Source of the DNA: an uncultured Ilyomonas sp. | GTDB taxonomy: Bacteria > Bacteroidota > Bacteroidia > Chitinophagales > Chitinophagaceae | Assembly (NCBI GenBank): GCA_964249755.1 | Contig: CAXUDB010000002.1 | Coordinates: forward strand, 548,267 to 612,266 | DNA length: 64,000 nt | Direction of reading: 5' to 3' | Part shown: positions 1 to 9,222 of the stretch, one piece after another | How positions within the stretch are numbered: the first letter of the stretch is position 1 | Layout: each line of letters begins with the position of its first letter | Translations under genes and position numbers: made by a program | The notes under the pieces: model-generated | The model's input: the letters and a program-made list of their open reading frames with translations, nothing else | What the model was told of the DNA's origin: nothing | The model's database searches: none

Positions 1-357
1 GTAAGGATGGCAGAAATAGTTTCTTTACAAGATCATTCATCCTTGCTTGGAGCGGCCTATGCTTTTCTTCATTTGTCCCTGCAAAACAATGATGTGATTC
101 CGGCGTTGGAAGCAATGCAATGCGAAACTCCATGCATCAGCTTTGCTTCCACAGTGATGGATGAATACAGCGGTGAAGCAGTCTTATTAATTGAGAAAGA
201 CAAATACGAACTGTTAGGCGAGGCTATGATATCCTTATACAAAGATGAAGCAAGACGCAGCCGCTTGATTGAAGAGGGCAGAAAGCAGGTTCAACAATAC
301 ACACAAGAAGAAGCTACACACACGTTAGCTTCCATTTTACCCAATAGTATTCATTAA
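1..357 (+). CDS. Glycosyltransferase (GT-B/GT4-like) C-terminal part, truncated by the window edge
   Basis: Frame open from base 1; 'ALEAMQCETPCI' resembles the GT4 EAMxxGxPvi motif; C-terminal helix 'RSRLIEEGRKQVQQY'. Confidence 0.6.
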   Translation, partial: VRMAEIVSLQDHSSLLGAAYAFLHLSLQNNDVIPALEAMQCETPCISFASTVMDEYSGEAVLLIEKDKYELLGEAMISLYKDEARRSRLIEEGRKQVQQYTQEEATHTLASILPNSIH

Positions 358-380
358 CGTATCTTCAAAAAAAGAGTAGC

Positions 381-388
381 TATTTTTG
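381..388 (+). promoter_or_regulatory. Bacteroidota sigma-70 -7 element upstream of gldC
   Basis: TATTTTTG matches the TAnnTTTG consensus, 21 nt before the ATG. Confidence 0.55.
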
Positions 389-409
389 CCGCTTAATTAG
401 AATAGAAGC

Positions 410-754
410 ATGTATAATTCTAAGATAACAATAGACGTAACCCGCGATGAAAACAAGCTGGTAAACAAAATCAACTGGAATGCCACCGACAGCTCTATGG
501 AAGAGTTGCAAGCTGCAAAAGCCCTGATGCTTTCGTTCTGGGACAATGCCGAGAAGACAGCATTGCGCATTGATTTATGGACGAAAGACATGATGGTGGA
601 TGAGATGACCGATTTCTTTTACCAAACCTTCATTACCATGGCTGATAGCTACGGCAGGGCTACGCGCTATACAGAGTTATCCAACGACATGAAAAACTTT
701 GCCAAAGAATGGATGAATAAATTTCGTGCGCTGCAAGCGAAAGAAGCGAAGTAG
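410..754 (+). CDS. gldC: Gliding motility protein GldC
   Basis: Characteristic 'KALMLSFWD..ALRIDLWTKDMMVDEM..FFYQT' and 114-aa length. Confidence 0.9.
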   Translation: MYNSKITIDVTRDENKLVNKINWNATDSSMEELQAAKALMLSFWDNAEKTALRIDLWTKDMMVDEMTDFFYQTFITMADSYGRATRYTELSNDMKNFAKEWMNKFRALQAKEAK

Positions 755-757
755 AGG

Positions 758-842
758 AGTTACAGGTTGCGAGTTTTATAGAATATGTTATACAAGGCTC
801 AATCTTTCCTCACTCATACTACGCAACCCATAACCCGTAACT
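758..842. repeat. Inverted heptamer tracts in the gldC-yqeY gap
   Basis: agttaca-ggttgcg (758-771) faces cgcaacc-cataacc-cgtaact (822-842). Confidence 0.6.
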
Positions 843-871
843 GAATCGTTAACTACATAAACAATAATACG

Positions 872-1324
872 ATGAGTTTAGAAACACAGGTAATGGCAGA
901 CATGAAAGACGCCATGAAAGCTAAAGATGAAGCAGCTTTGCGCGGTCTGCGCGCCATCAAGGCAGAAATTATCAAAGCCAAAACAGAACCCGGTGCTAAC
1001 GGGCAGATCAATGAGGAAGGAGAACTGAAACTAATCCAGCGCCTCATCAAGCAACGGAAAGATTCGCTGGAAATTTTTACGCAGCAAAACCGGACTGATC
1101 TTGCGCAAAAGGAACAGGAAGAACTCGACATCATCGAGAAGTTCATGCCTAAGCAATTAAGTGCAGATGAGCTGAAAGCAGAACTGCAAAAAATTATTAC
1201 TGAAACAGGCGCATCCTCGCCTGCCGATATGGGCAAAGTGATGGGCGCAGCCACTAAACAACTTGCCGGCAAGGTAGATGGCAAAACTATTTCGGCAACC
1301 GTAAAAGAATTATTAAGTAAATAA
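872..1324 (+). CDS. GatB/YqeY domain protein
   Basis: 'DMKDAMKAKD..LR.IKAEI', 'KQRKDS', 'DMGKVMG' YqeY signature. Confidence 0.92.
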   Translation: MSLETQVMADMKDAMKAKDEAALRGLRAIKAEIIKAKTEPGANGQINEEGELKLIQRLIKQRKDSLEIFTQQNRTDLAQKEQEELDIIEKFMPKQLSADELKAELQKIITETGASSPADMGKVMGAATKQLAGKVDGKTISATVKELLSK

Positions 1325-1329
1325 TATTT

Positions 1330-1399
1330 AATAAGTAAGAATGAATATTTATAATGTTGAACAGTGGAGTGAAGTATTAAATATTACATCTTACTTATT
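1330..1399. repeat. AT-rich 22-bp imperfect inverted repeat
   Basis: aataagtaagaatgaatattta (1330-1351) vs taaatattacatcttacttatt (1378-1399). Confidence 0.7.
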
Positions 1400-1404
1400 C
1401 TATT

Positions 1405-1941
1405 ATGCTGATTGACGTAGTGTATCTCATACTTCTTGCAGTAGCTGTTTTCAAAGGCTACAGCAAAGGGTTTGTGGTAGCAGTGTTTTCTTTCCTTGCC
1501 ATCTTCATTGGGCTAGCGGCATCGCTCAAATTATCGGCTACTGTTGCGGTCTGGCTGGATAAAAGCATCAATGTAGGAGAACGGTTATTACCGGTGTTGG
1601 CCTTCCTCGTTGTGCTGATTTCAGTTGCCATTCTTACCCGCATCATTGCCCGCCTGATAGAGAAAACATTGCAGATAGCGATGCTTGGTTTTATCAATCG
1701 CTTAGGTGGCATTTTGCTTTATGTTGTGCTATACACTATTGTATTCAGCATCGTATTGTTTTATATCAGCCGGCTGGGATTTACAAAAGAAGAGACCATT
1801 GCAGACTCTCATACCTATAGCTTCATTGCACCGTGGGGACCGAAGGCCATCAACGCTTTCAGCGATATTCTTCCTCCTTTAAAAAATATGTTTTTGCAAC
1901 TGGAAAATTTCTTTGCAAGAGCTGTAGAAAAAAGTGAGTAA
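1405..1941 (+). CDS. CvpA (colicin V production) family membrane protein
   Basis: 'KGYSKGFV', several TM helices, 'INRLGGILL'. Confidence 0.88.
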   Translation: MLIDVVYLILLAVAVFKGYSKGFVVAVFSFLAIFIGLAASLKLSATVAVWLDKSINVGERLLPVLAFLVVLISVAILTRIIARLIEKTLQIAMLGFINRLGGILLYVVLYTIVFSIVLFYISRLGFTKEETIADSHTYSFIAPWGPKAINAFSDILPPLKNMFLQLENFFARAVEKSE

Positions 1942-2018
1942 CACACTCTGCTTCAAAACCAGTATTTTAGCGGCACATCGCTATTTTTGATAAACAGCTT
2001 TATTTATAACAGGCATAC

Positions 2019-2798
2019 ATGGCATATCAAATAAAACAGCAGGATAAGTTCAGGTATATTGAGGAAGGCAGCGGCGAGCCGTTGATCCTGCTGCATGGCT
2101 TGTTTGGCGCATTAAGTAATTTCCGGGACCTGATTGACCATTTCAAAAATCAGTACCAAGTAATTGTTCCGATGCTTCCTCTGTTCGATCTGGATATTTT
2201 TCACACCACCGTCGGTGGTATCGAAAAATACGTATATAAATTTATCGAAGCGCGCAACTACAATGGCATTCACTTGTTGGGCAATTCCCTTGGCGGGCAT
2301 GTGGCGCTGGTGCATATTTTAAAGCATCCTTCGCGCATCAAGTCGCTTACCCTCACGGGCAGTTCCGGGTTGTTTGAGAGCGGTATGGGCGACAGTTATC
2401 CAAAGCGTGGCGATATAGACTACATCCGAAAAAAGACGCAGCTTACGTTTTACGATCCGAAGATGGCAACAGATGAATTGGTGAATGAAGTATTTGAAAT
2501 CACCAACAACCGGTTAAAAGTGATTAAAATTATTTCTCTTGCTAAGAGTGCTATTCGTAACAATTTGGGTGAGGAATTAAACCAGATTACGCAGCCCACA
2601 CTTCTCATCTGGGGAAAGAACGACACTATCACGCCGCCTTTTGTGGCTGAAGAATTTAATAAACTTATCCCCAATAGCGAGTTGCATTTTGTAGACAAAT
2701 GCGGACACGCGCCCATGATGGAAGTACCCGACGAATTCAACCGCATTTTAGAAGTGTTCCTCAAAAAATTGAAACAGCCTGCTGCAACTATGGCGTGA
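2019..2798 (+). CDS. Alpha/beta fold hydrolase
   Basis: HGLFG oxyanion motif, GNSLGG nucleophile elbow, 'WGKND', 'CGHAPM' catalytic His. Confidence 0.92.
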   Translation: MAYQIKQQDKFRYIEEGSGEPLILLHGLFGALSNFRDLIDHFKNQYQVIVPMLPLFDLDIFHTTVGGIEKYVYKFIEARNYNGIHLLGNSLGGHVALVHILKHPSRIKSLTLTGSSGLFESGMGDSYPKRGDIDYIRKKTQLTFYDPKMATDELVNEVFEITNNRLKVIKIISLAKSAIRNNLGEELNQITQPTLLIWGKNDTITPPFVAEEFNKLIPNSELHFVDKCGHAPMMEVPDEFNRILEVFLKKLKQPAATMA

Positions 2799-2826
2799 TT
2801 TTTTTTGTCTCACTAAAAAAAGTGCA

Positions 2827-3486
2827 ATGCTTGTAAATCAGCTTCCGATTATTACTTATCCGGTGCTTCACCTATTTGATACTGTATCGCTCGCCCTGCA
2901 GTTCATGGACGATTACGATGTACAGCATCTTCCCGTAGAAGAGGATGAAATTTATATTGGTATATTATCCAAAACCGACTTGCTGGACGAAGATGAATCA
3001 ACCCTAATTGAAACCTTGCAAGTCGTGATTGCTAAGATTTCTATTCAGCCTGGTGAACATTTTTTAGCCGCTTTAAAAGTGGCATCTGCCAATGAGCTGA
3101 GCATTTTGCCGGTAGTCAATACAGACATGCAGTTGCAGGGCGTTATTACCTCAGCAGAACTGATGCATGCTGCTGCTACATTTCAAAATGTGGAAGAACC
3201 GGGAGCTATCATCGTGCTCGAAATGGAACGGCACAACTACGCTATTGGCGAGTTGTCGAGGCTTGTGGAAACCAACAATGCCAGCATTGTGCAATTGAAT
3301 ACATTTACCGAGAGTAGCACCGGCTTGTTCATCGTTACCTTAAAACTCAACCGTACAGAAATATCCGACGTGGTTTCTACGCTACAGCGTTACGATTATA
3401 TCATCCGCTATTTCTTTGGTGAAGAAGCTTACGAAAACGAATTGCGTGAGAATTTTGATATGCTGATGAATTATCTGAAGATATAA
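2827..3486 (+). CDS. CBS domain protein with C-terminal ACT-like domain (AcuB-like)
   Basis: Two CBS repeats ('HLPV..IGIL', 'ILPVV..QGVIT') and C-terminal 'LQRYDY.I'. Confidence 0.82.
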   Translation: MLVNQLPIITYPVLHLFDTVSLALQFMDDYDVQHLPVEEDEIYIGILSKTDLLDEDESTLIETLQVVIAKISIQPGEHFLAALKVASANELSILPVVNTDMQLQGVITSAELMHAAATFQNVEEPGAIIVLEMERHNYAIGELSRLVETNNASIVQLNTFTESSTGLFIVTLKLNRTEISDVVSTLQRYDYIIRYFFGEEAYENELRENFDMLMNYLKI

Positions 3487-3511
3487 AATGGCACAAATGA
3501 AAAATAAAGAG

Positions 3512-3611
3512 AACAGCCATTATGGACCAGGAGCCAGTCACTCCGATTAAGCCCATTGCAGCCTGTGGCGCTATCAGCGCCATCACACTCTTGTACGCCT
3601 TGTTAATAATT
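3512..3611 (+). repeat. Dispersed ~100-bp repeat, copy A
   Basis: Hand alignment to 26208-26308 gives 16 mismatches and 1 gap; internal hairpin tggcgct-atc-agcgcca. Confidence 0.85.
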
Positions 3612-3665
3612 TAGCAGAATACAACCTTTCTACTCATTATCATCATCTAATAACAACCAGCTAAC

Positions 3666-3947
3666 ATGAGCGAATATCACATTGGCAACGCGTTAAAGAA
3701 CTTTATCAGTAAAAGCAATATTAAAAACGGCATCCGGTCTGTGCAGATTGAAGAAGTGTGGCTGCAAATTATGGGAACCACCATTGCCAAATACACAGAA
3801 AGTATTAAAATCGTCAACAGCACTTTATTCATCAACACTTCCGTTGGACCATTGAAAAACGAACTGCTTTATCAGAAAGAAAAAATTATGGAACGGGTAA
3901 ATGAAGCGCTGGGAGAAAAAGTGATTTTGAGTGTGGTAATACAGTAA
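3666..3947 (+). CDS. DUF721 (DciA-like) protein
   Basis: 'IEEVW.QIMG..IAKYT','LKNELLYQKEKI..RVNEALG' typical of DUF721. Confidence 0.85.
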   Translation: MSEYHIGNALKNFISKSNIKNGIRSVQIEEVWLQIMGTTIAKYTESIKIVNSTLFINTSVGPLKNELLYQKEKIMERVNEALGEKVILSVVIQ

Positions 3948-3970
3948 TTAATCAATGTAACTCAACCCAC

Positions 3971-5080
3971 TTATTTCTTAGTCTCCAGATACTTAATCAC
4001 TTTATCTTTCGAAGCATAACTCACCTTTCTTTTTACAACGGCTTTCTGCATCACAAAATAAGTGGCATTTACGCGGGCTGCGGTTTTTAGCACAGTTGCA
4101 TCACAGCGAAGAATGCGCGACGATGGCAGAATCTTCGCTGCTTCCTGTGGTATTGGCGTTACCATAAACAAAGGGATATGATGCGCTTCGCAATATGCAC
4201 TCATTACTTCAAATTCATCGGCCTGCTTTTTCCAGTGATTAAAATTCTGCACCATCGCCAGTACATATAGTGGCTGGTTCAATATTACTTGTGTAGTATC
4301 GTTGCCATCAATAGTTTGCAGAGCAAAGTCGGTAATAGGCGCCGAGGCTGTGCCTTGCCGCACCAGCTTATCATAGCGATCTACAAACTCATACGTGCTA
4401 TCAAAATCATCCGGGAAATGGTCGGCATCAAATTCAACCTGCTTGCCGTTTTTCTGGTAACGAAACGTCATGGCAAAACTATCCGGCACTGCACCGCCAG
4501 GCACTTTCATTTGCTGGAGCAAATCATTTCCCTGGCGGTACGGCAGGCAATCTAACACCGGCAAGTATGTAAGCACATAGCTTTCAAAAAGAGATACGCC
4601 CACTACCGTAAAGAAGAGGATGAAAAACGACAGCCGTTGAATACGAAACGCCTGCTCGATGCGCCTGCGATTGATGACAAGAACGAGTATTAGGAACAGA
4701 AGAACGAGGTCTTTGATAAAAGATTGTAGCGGCGACAGAGGAAGGCAATCGCCAAAGCAGCCGCAGCTTTTAAATTTACCCGACAGCGTTGCGTAGCCGG
4801 TAAGAAACGTGAAGAAAATAATCAATAATAAAAGCAGCCAGCTAAACACTTTCATGCGCCAGCCAATGATGATGGCTACGCCTGCCAGCACTTCAAACAC
4901 ATTCATCAAAAGCGAAAGCGGCAGTGCAAAATCATTCAGGTAAGCCATGTGCCAGGCCTCGAAAAACTCCTGCATTTTATAGCTCAGTCCCAGCGGGTCG
5001 TTGGCCTTGATAAGACCCGAAAAAATAAACAGGATACCCACTACCCACCGGATAATGAGCAATACGGAATTCCTTTTCAT
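3971..5080 (-). CDS. DoxX/MauE-family membrane protein (BT_3928-like) with thioredoxin-like C-terminus
   Basis: 'FIFSGLIKANDPLG', 'SCGCFGD', several TM helices. Confidence 0.85.
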   Translation of the reverse strand: MKRNSVLLIIRWVVGILFIFSGLIKANDPLGLSYKMQEFFEAWHMAYLNDFALPLSLLMNVFEVLAGVAIIIGWRMKVFSWLLLLLIIFFTFLTGYATLSGKFKSCGCFGDCLPLSPLQSFIKDLVLLFLILVLVINRRRIEQAFRIQRLSFFILFFTVVGVSLFESYVLTYLPVLDCLPYRQGNDLLQQMKVPGGAVPDSFAMTFRYQKNGKQVEFDADHFPDDFDSTYEFVDRYDKLVRQGTASAPITDFALQTIDGNDTTQVILNQPLYVLAMVQNFNHWKKQADEFEVMSAYCEAHHIPLFMVTPIPQEAAKILPSSRILRCDATVLKTAARVNATYFVMQKAVVKRKVSYASKDKVIKYLETKK

Positions 5081-5089
5081 GTGTTGGTT

Positions 5090-5647
5090 TTATTGCGCTT
5101 CTTCGGCTATCAATATTAAGGCAAAAGCGGCATAGTTGATAATATCAATATAGTTGGCGTCAATTCCTTCGCTCATAAGGGTTCTGCCATCGTTCATCAA
5201 GATCTGCCGGATGCGCAACAGTTTCATGAGGATTAAATCGGTCAGACCCTGCTGACTCATATCCCGCCAGGCTTCGCCATAATCATGGTTTTTAGCTATC
5301 ATGGTTTGTTTTGCAACGTCTATCTGCTGTTTATAATATTCCGAAGCGGTATCGGCTGGAAGTTCTTCAATGGCAGAAGGCATTTGCAGTTGAATCAAAC
5401 CAATCACCGCATAATTAAGAATGCCTTTGAACTCGCCAGGAATATCATCGCTCACCATCTGCTCTTTTATCTCTTGAAGATTACGGATGCGAAGCGCTTT
5501 GATAAAAATTTGATCTACTACCGAGATCGTTCTCAATACGCGCCACGAAGTGCCATAGTCAAATGTTTTTTTATCGAATATGTTTTTGCAAATGGCAACA
5601 GCACTATCGTATTGGGCAAGGGTTTTTGCAGCGGCTTCCTGTGTCAT
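5090..5647 (-). CDS. DUF1599 domain protein
   Basis: Duplicated 'KxxDYGxxWR' motif (KTFDYGTSWR, KNHDYGEAWR). Confidence 0.9.
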   Translation of the reverse strand: MTQEAAAKTLAQYDSAVAICKNIFDKKTFDYGTSWRVLRTISVVDQIFIKALRIRNLQEIKEQMVSDDIPGEFKGILNYAVIGLIQLQMPSAIEELPADTASEYYKQQIDVAKQTMIAKNHDYGEAWRDMSQQGLTDLILMKLLRIRQILMNDGRTLMSEGIDANYIDIINYAAFALILIAEEAQ

Positions 5648-5779
5648 AGAGGTTTGTCTTAAGCGAAAAAGAAACGATTATCAGCCGCAAGATAAGAACA
5701 GCAAAGCGCGTTGCGGTCTGATTTTTCAAACAAAAAAGTAAGCAACAGTCTTACTTTAAAAAGGCAAACACCAATTGTT

Positions 5780-6490
5780 TTACCAGTCTTTTTCATTGTC
5801 GGGACTATTCGTTTTTTGCTTTTGCACTTCTTTCTGCAAAGCCTTTTCCTGCTGCTCCAGCTCTTTAAATTTTTGTTCCATCATTTGACGGTTCATTTGC
5901 TGTTGCTTCTGCTGCTTTTGATTTTGTAGTGGTGGCTTTTTTTCTTGTTTGGGCGGTTGTTGTTGTGGCTGTTGCTGTTTTTTGGTTTCCAGCGCTTTCT
6001 GCAGGTTTTCGCGGGCCTCTCTGTCGTTTGGCGCTAAGCGCAATGACTGCTTAAAACTTTCGATGGCTTCTTCTAATTTATTTTGCTGAAGCGAAGCCAG
6101 CGCTTTATTGTAGTAAGCTTTTGCCTGCAAGTCGGCATCCGCGGTATGGTTAATCACATCGTTGTATTCTTCCGCCGATTTTTCCGCGTCATTGCTGCGT
6201 TGCAGTGCATTCGCCAGGTTGAACTTTGCCGCATTGTTATCAGCATCGTACTGCAATGCTTTTTGATATTGCTTGACAGCATTTATATAATCATTCTTCC
6301 GGTAAGCATCATTGCCTTGCTTCACAGCTTCATTTGTTTTTTGTGCGAAGGAAGAGAAGCAATGGGCAAGCAAAAAAAACAGGGAAATGATCCGTAACCA
6401 ATTCCTCCCAGTAAAACGGAAATATTCGTAAAAAGTAATTGAACAGACAGCCCGTTTATGCTTATTTGCTTTATCCTTTTTGTTTTCCAT
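5780..6490 (-). CDS. TPR protein, BatC-like
   Basis: 'KQGNDAYRKNDY..A', 'AKFNLANAL', 'ARENL', Q-rich linker, C-terminal 'EKDW'; directly follows the VWA gene. Confidence 0.8.
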   Translation of the reverse strand: MENKKDKANKHKRAVCSITFYEYFRFTGRNWLRIISLFFLLAHCFSSFAQKTNEAVKQGNDAYRKNDYINAVKQYQKALQYDADNNAAKFNLANALQRSNDAEKSAEEYNDVINHTADADLQAKAYYNKALASLQQNKLEEAIESFKQSLRLAPNDREARENLQKALETKKQQQPQQQPPKQEKKPPLQNQKQQKQQQMNRQMMEQKFKELEQQEKALQKEVQKQKTNSPDNEKDW

Positions 6491-7484
6491 AACGCCTTCT
6501 TTTCACTTCGGGTATAAATACTTCTACCAATAATAAAACCAGCATGATCGCCGCAAAGAAGGGATAAAAAGAAGCATATTCCCGGTTGCTGCCTTCACCG
6601 TCAAGCCGCTTTTTTTCACGGCTGTTCAATTCGTTTGCCAATGCAGTAGCTGTTTCTTCTGATTCATCCAGATGAAGGTATTTGCCGCCTGTTTTCTCGG
6701 CAATTGATTTCAACTCTTCTTCATTCAACTTTGAAATTACAGTCTGCCCGTTCACATCTGTTTTATATACATTACCGGCTTCAATAATAGGTGAGCCTTC
6801 TGCCGTGCCAATGCCAACCGTATAAACTACTACACCATCATCATACAGCTCCTGCAAAATGTCTTTCGTGTTCGGGTTATGATCTTCGCCATCGGTTATC
6901 AGCACCACGGCTTTATACTTTTTTTGTTTCACATCGAGCGAGCGGTTGCAAAGCTGCAAAGCGGCATTCAGGTCTGTTCCCTGTACTGAAACAGCATCCG
7001 GCGTAGCATTACTCAGGTAGAGTTTAGAAGCCGTGATGTCGCTCGTCAATGGCATTTGCAAGAAGGCCTGACCGGCGAATACAACCAATCCTACCCGGTT
7101 GTTAGCTAAGTTATCAATCAGCAAGCTCACACATTGTTTTGCCTTATCAAGACGCGTAGGTTTTACATCCTGGCTCAACATGCTTTTACTTACATCCAGT
7201 GCAATCAGGATGTCAATCCCCGCTAAGTTTTCATTCCCGCCTTTTACTGGCTTTCGCAAATTAGCCAATGCAAGAACACCCAGCGCTATCGCAATCATTA
7301 TTAAAACAAACTTGGCGCGGTATCGCTGGGGAGAATAGTTATTCGTAAGTTGATGAATCAGTTCTTCATCGCCCAAAGCCTTGCGCACCTTGCGTTTCCA
7401 GCGAAGCACCGATACAAATATCAGCGCCAGCGGCACGAGAATAAGTAAGGCTAGCAAATAGCTGTTGTGTTCAAATGAAAGCAT
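6471..7484 (-). CDS. VWA-domain protein, BatB-like
   Basis: MIDAS 'DVSKSM', 'RVGLVVFAG', 'TDGEDH', N- and C-terminal TM helices. Confidence 0.88.
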   Translation of the reverse strand: MLSFEHNSYLLALLILVPLALIFVSVLRWKRKVRKALGDEELIHQLTNNYSPQRYRAKFVLIMIAIALGVLALANLRKPVKGGNENLAGIDILIALDVSKSMLSQDVKPTRLDKAKQCVSLLIDNLANNRVGLVVFAGQAFLQMPLTSDITASKLYLSNATPDAVSVQGTDLNAALQLCNRSLDVKQKKYKAVVLITDGEDHNPNTKDILQELYDDGVVVYTVGIGTAEGSPIIEAGNVYKTDVNGQTVISKLNEEELKSIAEKTGGKYLHLDESEETATALANELNSREKKRLDGEGSNREYASFYPFFAAIMLVLLLVEVFIPEVKRRRYGKQKG

Positions 7485-7573
7485 GAAAAAAGTAAAAGGA
7501 CTTAAAAATAAAATAGGTAAACAGTAATGTCAAAAAATAGGACCAACAATTAACTTTTACGTACTTAGGTAAT

Positions 7574-8386
7574 TTACTTCTTTCCCTCGAAAAAGCCAAG
7601 CTGCTTCAGAGCGCCTTTTAAAATGGACATGCGCACAGTTTTCATATCCATATCGTGCGGTCCTTCAATATTCAATACAAAAAAATAAGGATGCTGGTTC
7701 TCTTCTATCCAGCCTACTACCCAACCGATGCTGTTGCCATTTTCTTTATATCCCCAACCAGTCTTATAACTTAATTGGTAGTTGGCATTGTTCTCCTGCA
7801 GCATTACTTTTTTAACAATGGTCTGCGGTCTTTTATCAAAAGGTAACTGCTGAAAATATAATTTTTTCACCAGCCCTAGTTGTTCATCTGGTTTTACTTT
7901 CAGCGAATTATCTAACCAGAAAGTATCTATGCGCGAAGTGATTTTTTGAGTGCCATAATGCAGGCTGTCGAGCCACTGCTGCATGGTGTCTTTACCAATT
8001 TTTTTGGCTACTTCCTGGTAGTAAGGCACGGCAGATACTTTGAATGCTTCCGTCATCGTAAGGTCTTTGTTCCATTCGGGAATATTGCGCACTACGCCAT
8101 CCCATTTAATCACCATGTTCTCACCTGATATACGTCCTGTCTGTAACCCGATTAACGAGTTAACGATCTTAAAAGTAGACGCCGGCAGGTAAGCCGAATC
8201 GCGATAACGCGGAAGATTATACACTGTAAAGCTGCCTTGCCCGTTATCAAACAGCGCAAAAGTTCCGGTTACTTTGTTATCAGTAAAATATTTTCCTAAG
8301 GAATCATTAACCGTTACGTTGTTGGGTGTGCAGGAAGAGAGGAAACAGGCAATTGCGCAGATAGTTAGGATGAGGAATCGGTTCAT
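7574..8386 (-). CDS. Class D (OXA-type) beta-lactamase-like lipoprotein
   Basis: STFK, SAV, YGT(Q), FWLD and KTG motifs; lipobox 'LSSC'. Confidence 0.88.
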   Translation of the reverse strand: MNRFLILTICAIACFLSSCTPNNVTVNDSLGKYFTDNKVTGTFALFDNGQGSFTVYNLPRYRDSAYLPASTFKIVNSLIGLQTGRISGENMVIKWDGVVRNIPEWNKDLTMTEAFKVSAVPYYQEVAKKIGKDTMQQWLDSLHYGTQKITSRIDTFWLDNSLKVKPDEQLGLVKKLYFQQLPFDKRPQTIVKKVMLQENNANYQLSYKTGWGYKENGNSIGWVVGWIEENQHPYFFVLNIEGPHDMDMKTVRMSILKGALKQLGFFEGKK

Positions 8387-8523
8387 GAAAAAGTATTAAA
8401 GTATTCGCTGAAATGAAGGCGCAAAAATAGAGGAGGAGTTGCAATTCATTTGTCAAAGAAATGAGATGCAACGATGTGCAAACCTTTATTAACTTGCTTT
8501 TCTTTCTTTAACCTTGCGATGAT

Positions 8524-9222
8524 ATGAAAGATGTGTTAGGGCAGGCAATGCACGATTATTACTTTAAGAATGCCCCGCAAACGCTGTGGATACACAACAA
8601 CTATGGCGAAGATGAAGATATGCCGGTGAGCAAATATTTTAGAAGTGAAGCGATGATGCCGAAACTGGAGCGAATGGCGTTGCAATTGTGCAGAGGTAAA
8701 GTGTTAGATGTGGGCGCCGGCGTAGGTAGTCATTCTCTTGCGCTTCAGGAAAAAGGGTTTGATGTTACGGCAGTTGAAATCTCTCCAAAGGCTTGCGAAG
8801 TGATACGCGACAGAGGCGTGAAGAAAGTGATCAATACAGATATATTTCTTTACGAGGGTGCCGGGTTCGATACACTTCTATTTATGATGAATGGCATCGG
8901 GTTTACCGGTAATACAGACAACCTCCGCCGCTTTTTGCAACATGCCAAAACATTAATTCAGCCGGACGGGCAATTGCTTTTTGATTCATCGGATGTGGCT
9001 TATGTATACAATTACAAGCCACCAAAGCGCGAAACCTATTATGGCATTATTACGTACCAATACGATTACAAAAATCAGAAGACAGATTGGTTTACATGGC
9101 TGTATATAGACAGGAATTTACTCTCAAAAATTGCGGGTGAAGAAGGATGGAGAACGGAGGTGTTGGGTGAAGACAAATGGGATAAATTTCTGGTTCGGCT
9201 CACTTTACAACAACGGTTATGA
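8524..9222 (+). CDS. Class I SAM-dependent methyltransferase
   Basis: 'VLDVGAGVGSH' motif I; 'LFMMNGIG'. Confidence 0.88.
   Translation: MKDVLGQAMHDYYFKNAPQTLWIHNNYGEDEDMPVSKYFRSEAMMPKLERMALQLCRGKVLDVGAGVGSHSLALQEKGFDVTAVEISPKACEVIRDRGVKKVINTDIFLYEGAGFDTLLFMMNGIGFTGNTDNLRRFLQHAKTLIQPDGQLLFDSSDVAYVYNYKPPKRETYYGIITYQYDYKNQKTDWFTWLYIDRNLLSKIAGEEGWRTEVLGEDKWDKFLVRLTLQQRL

Noticed and set aside
5880-5990. CAG/CAA-rich low-complexity stretch
   Set aside because: It is the ordinary Gln-rich linker of BatC-like proteins.
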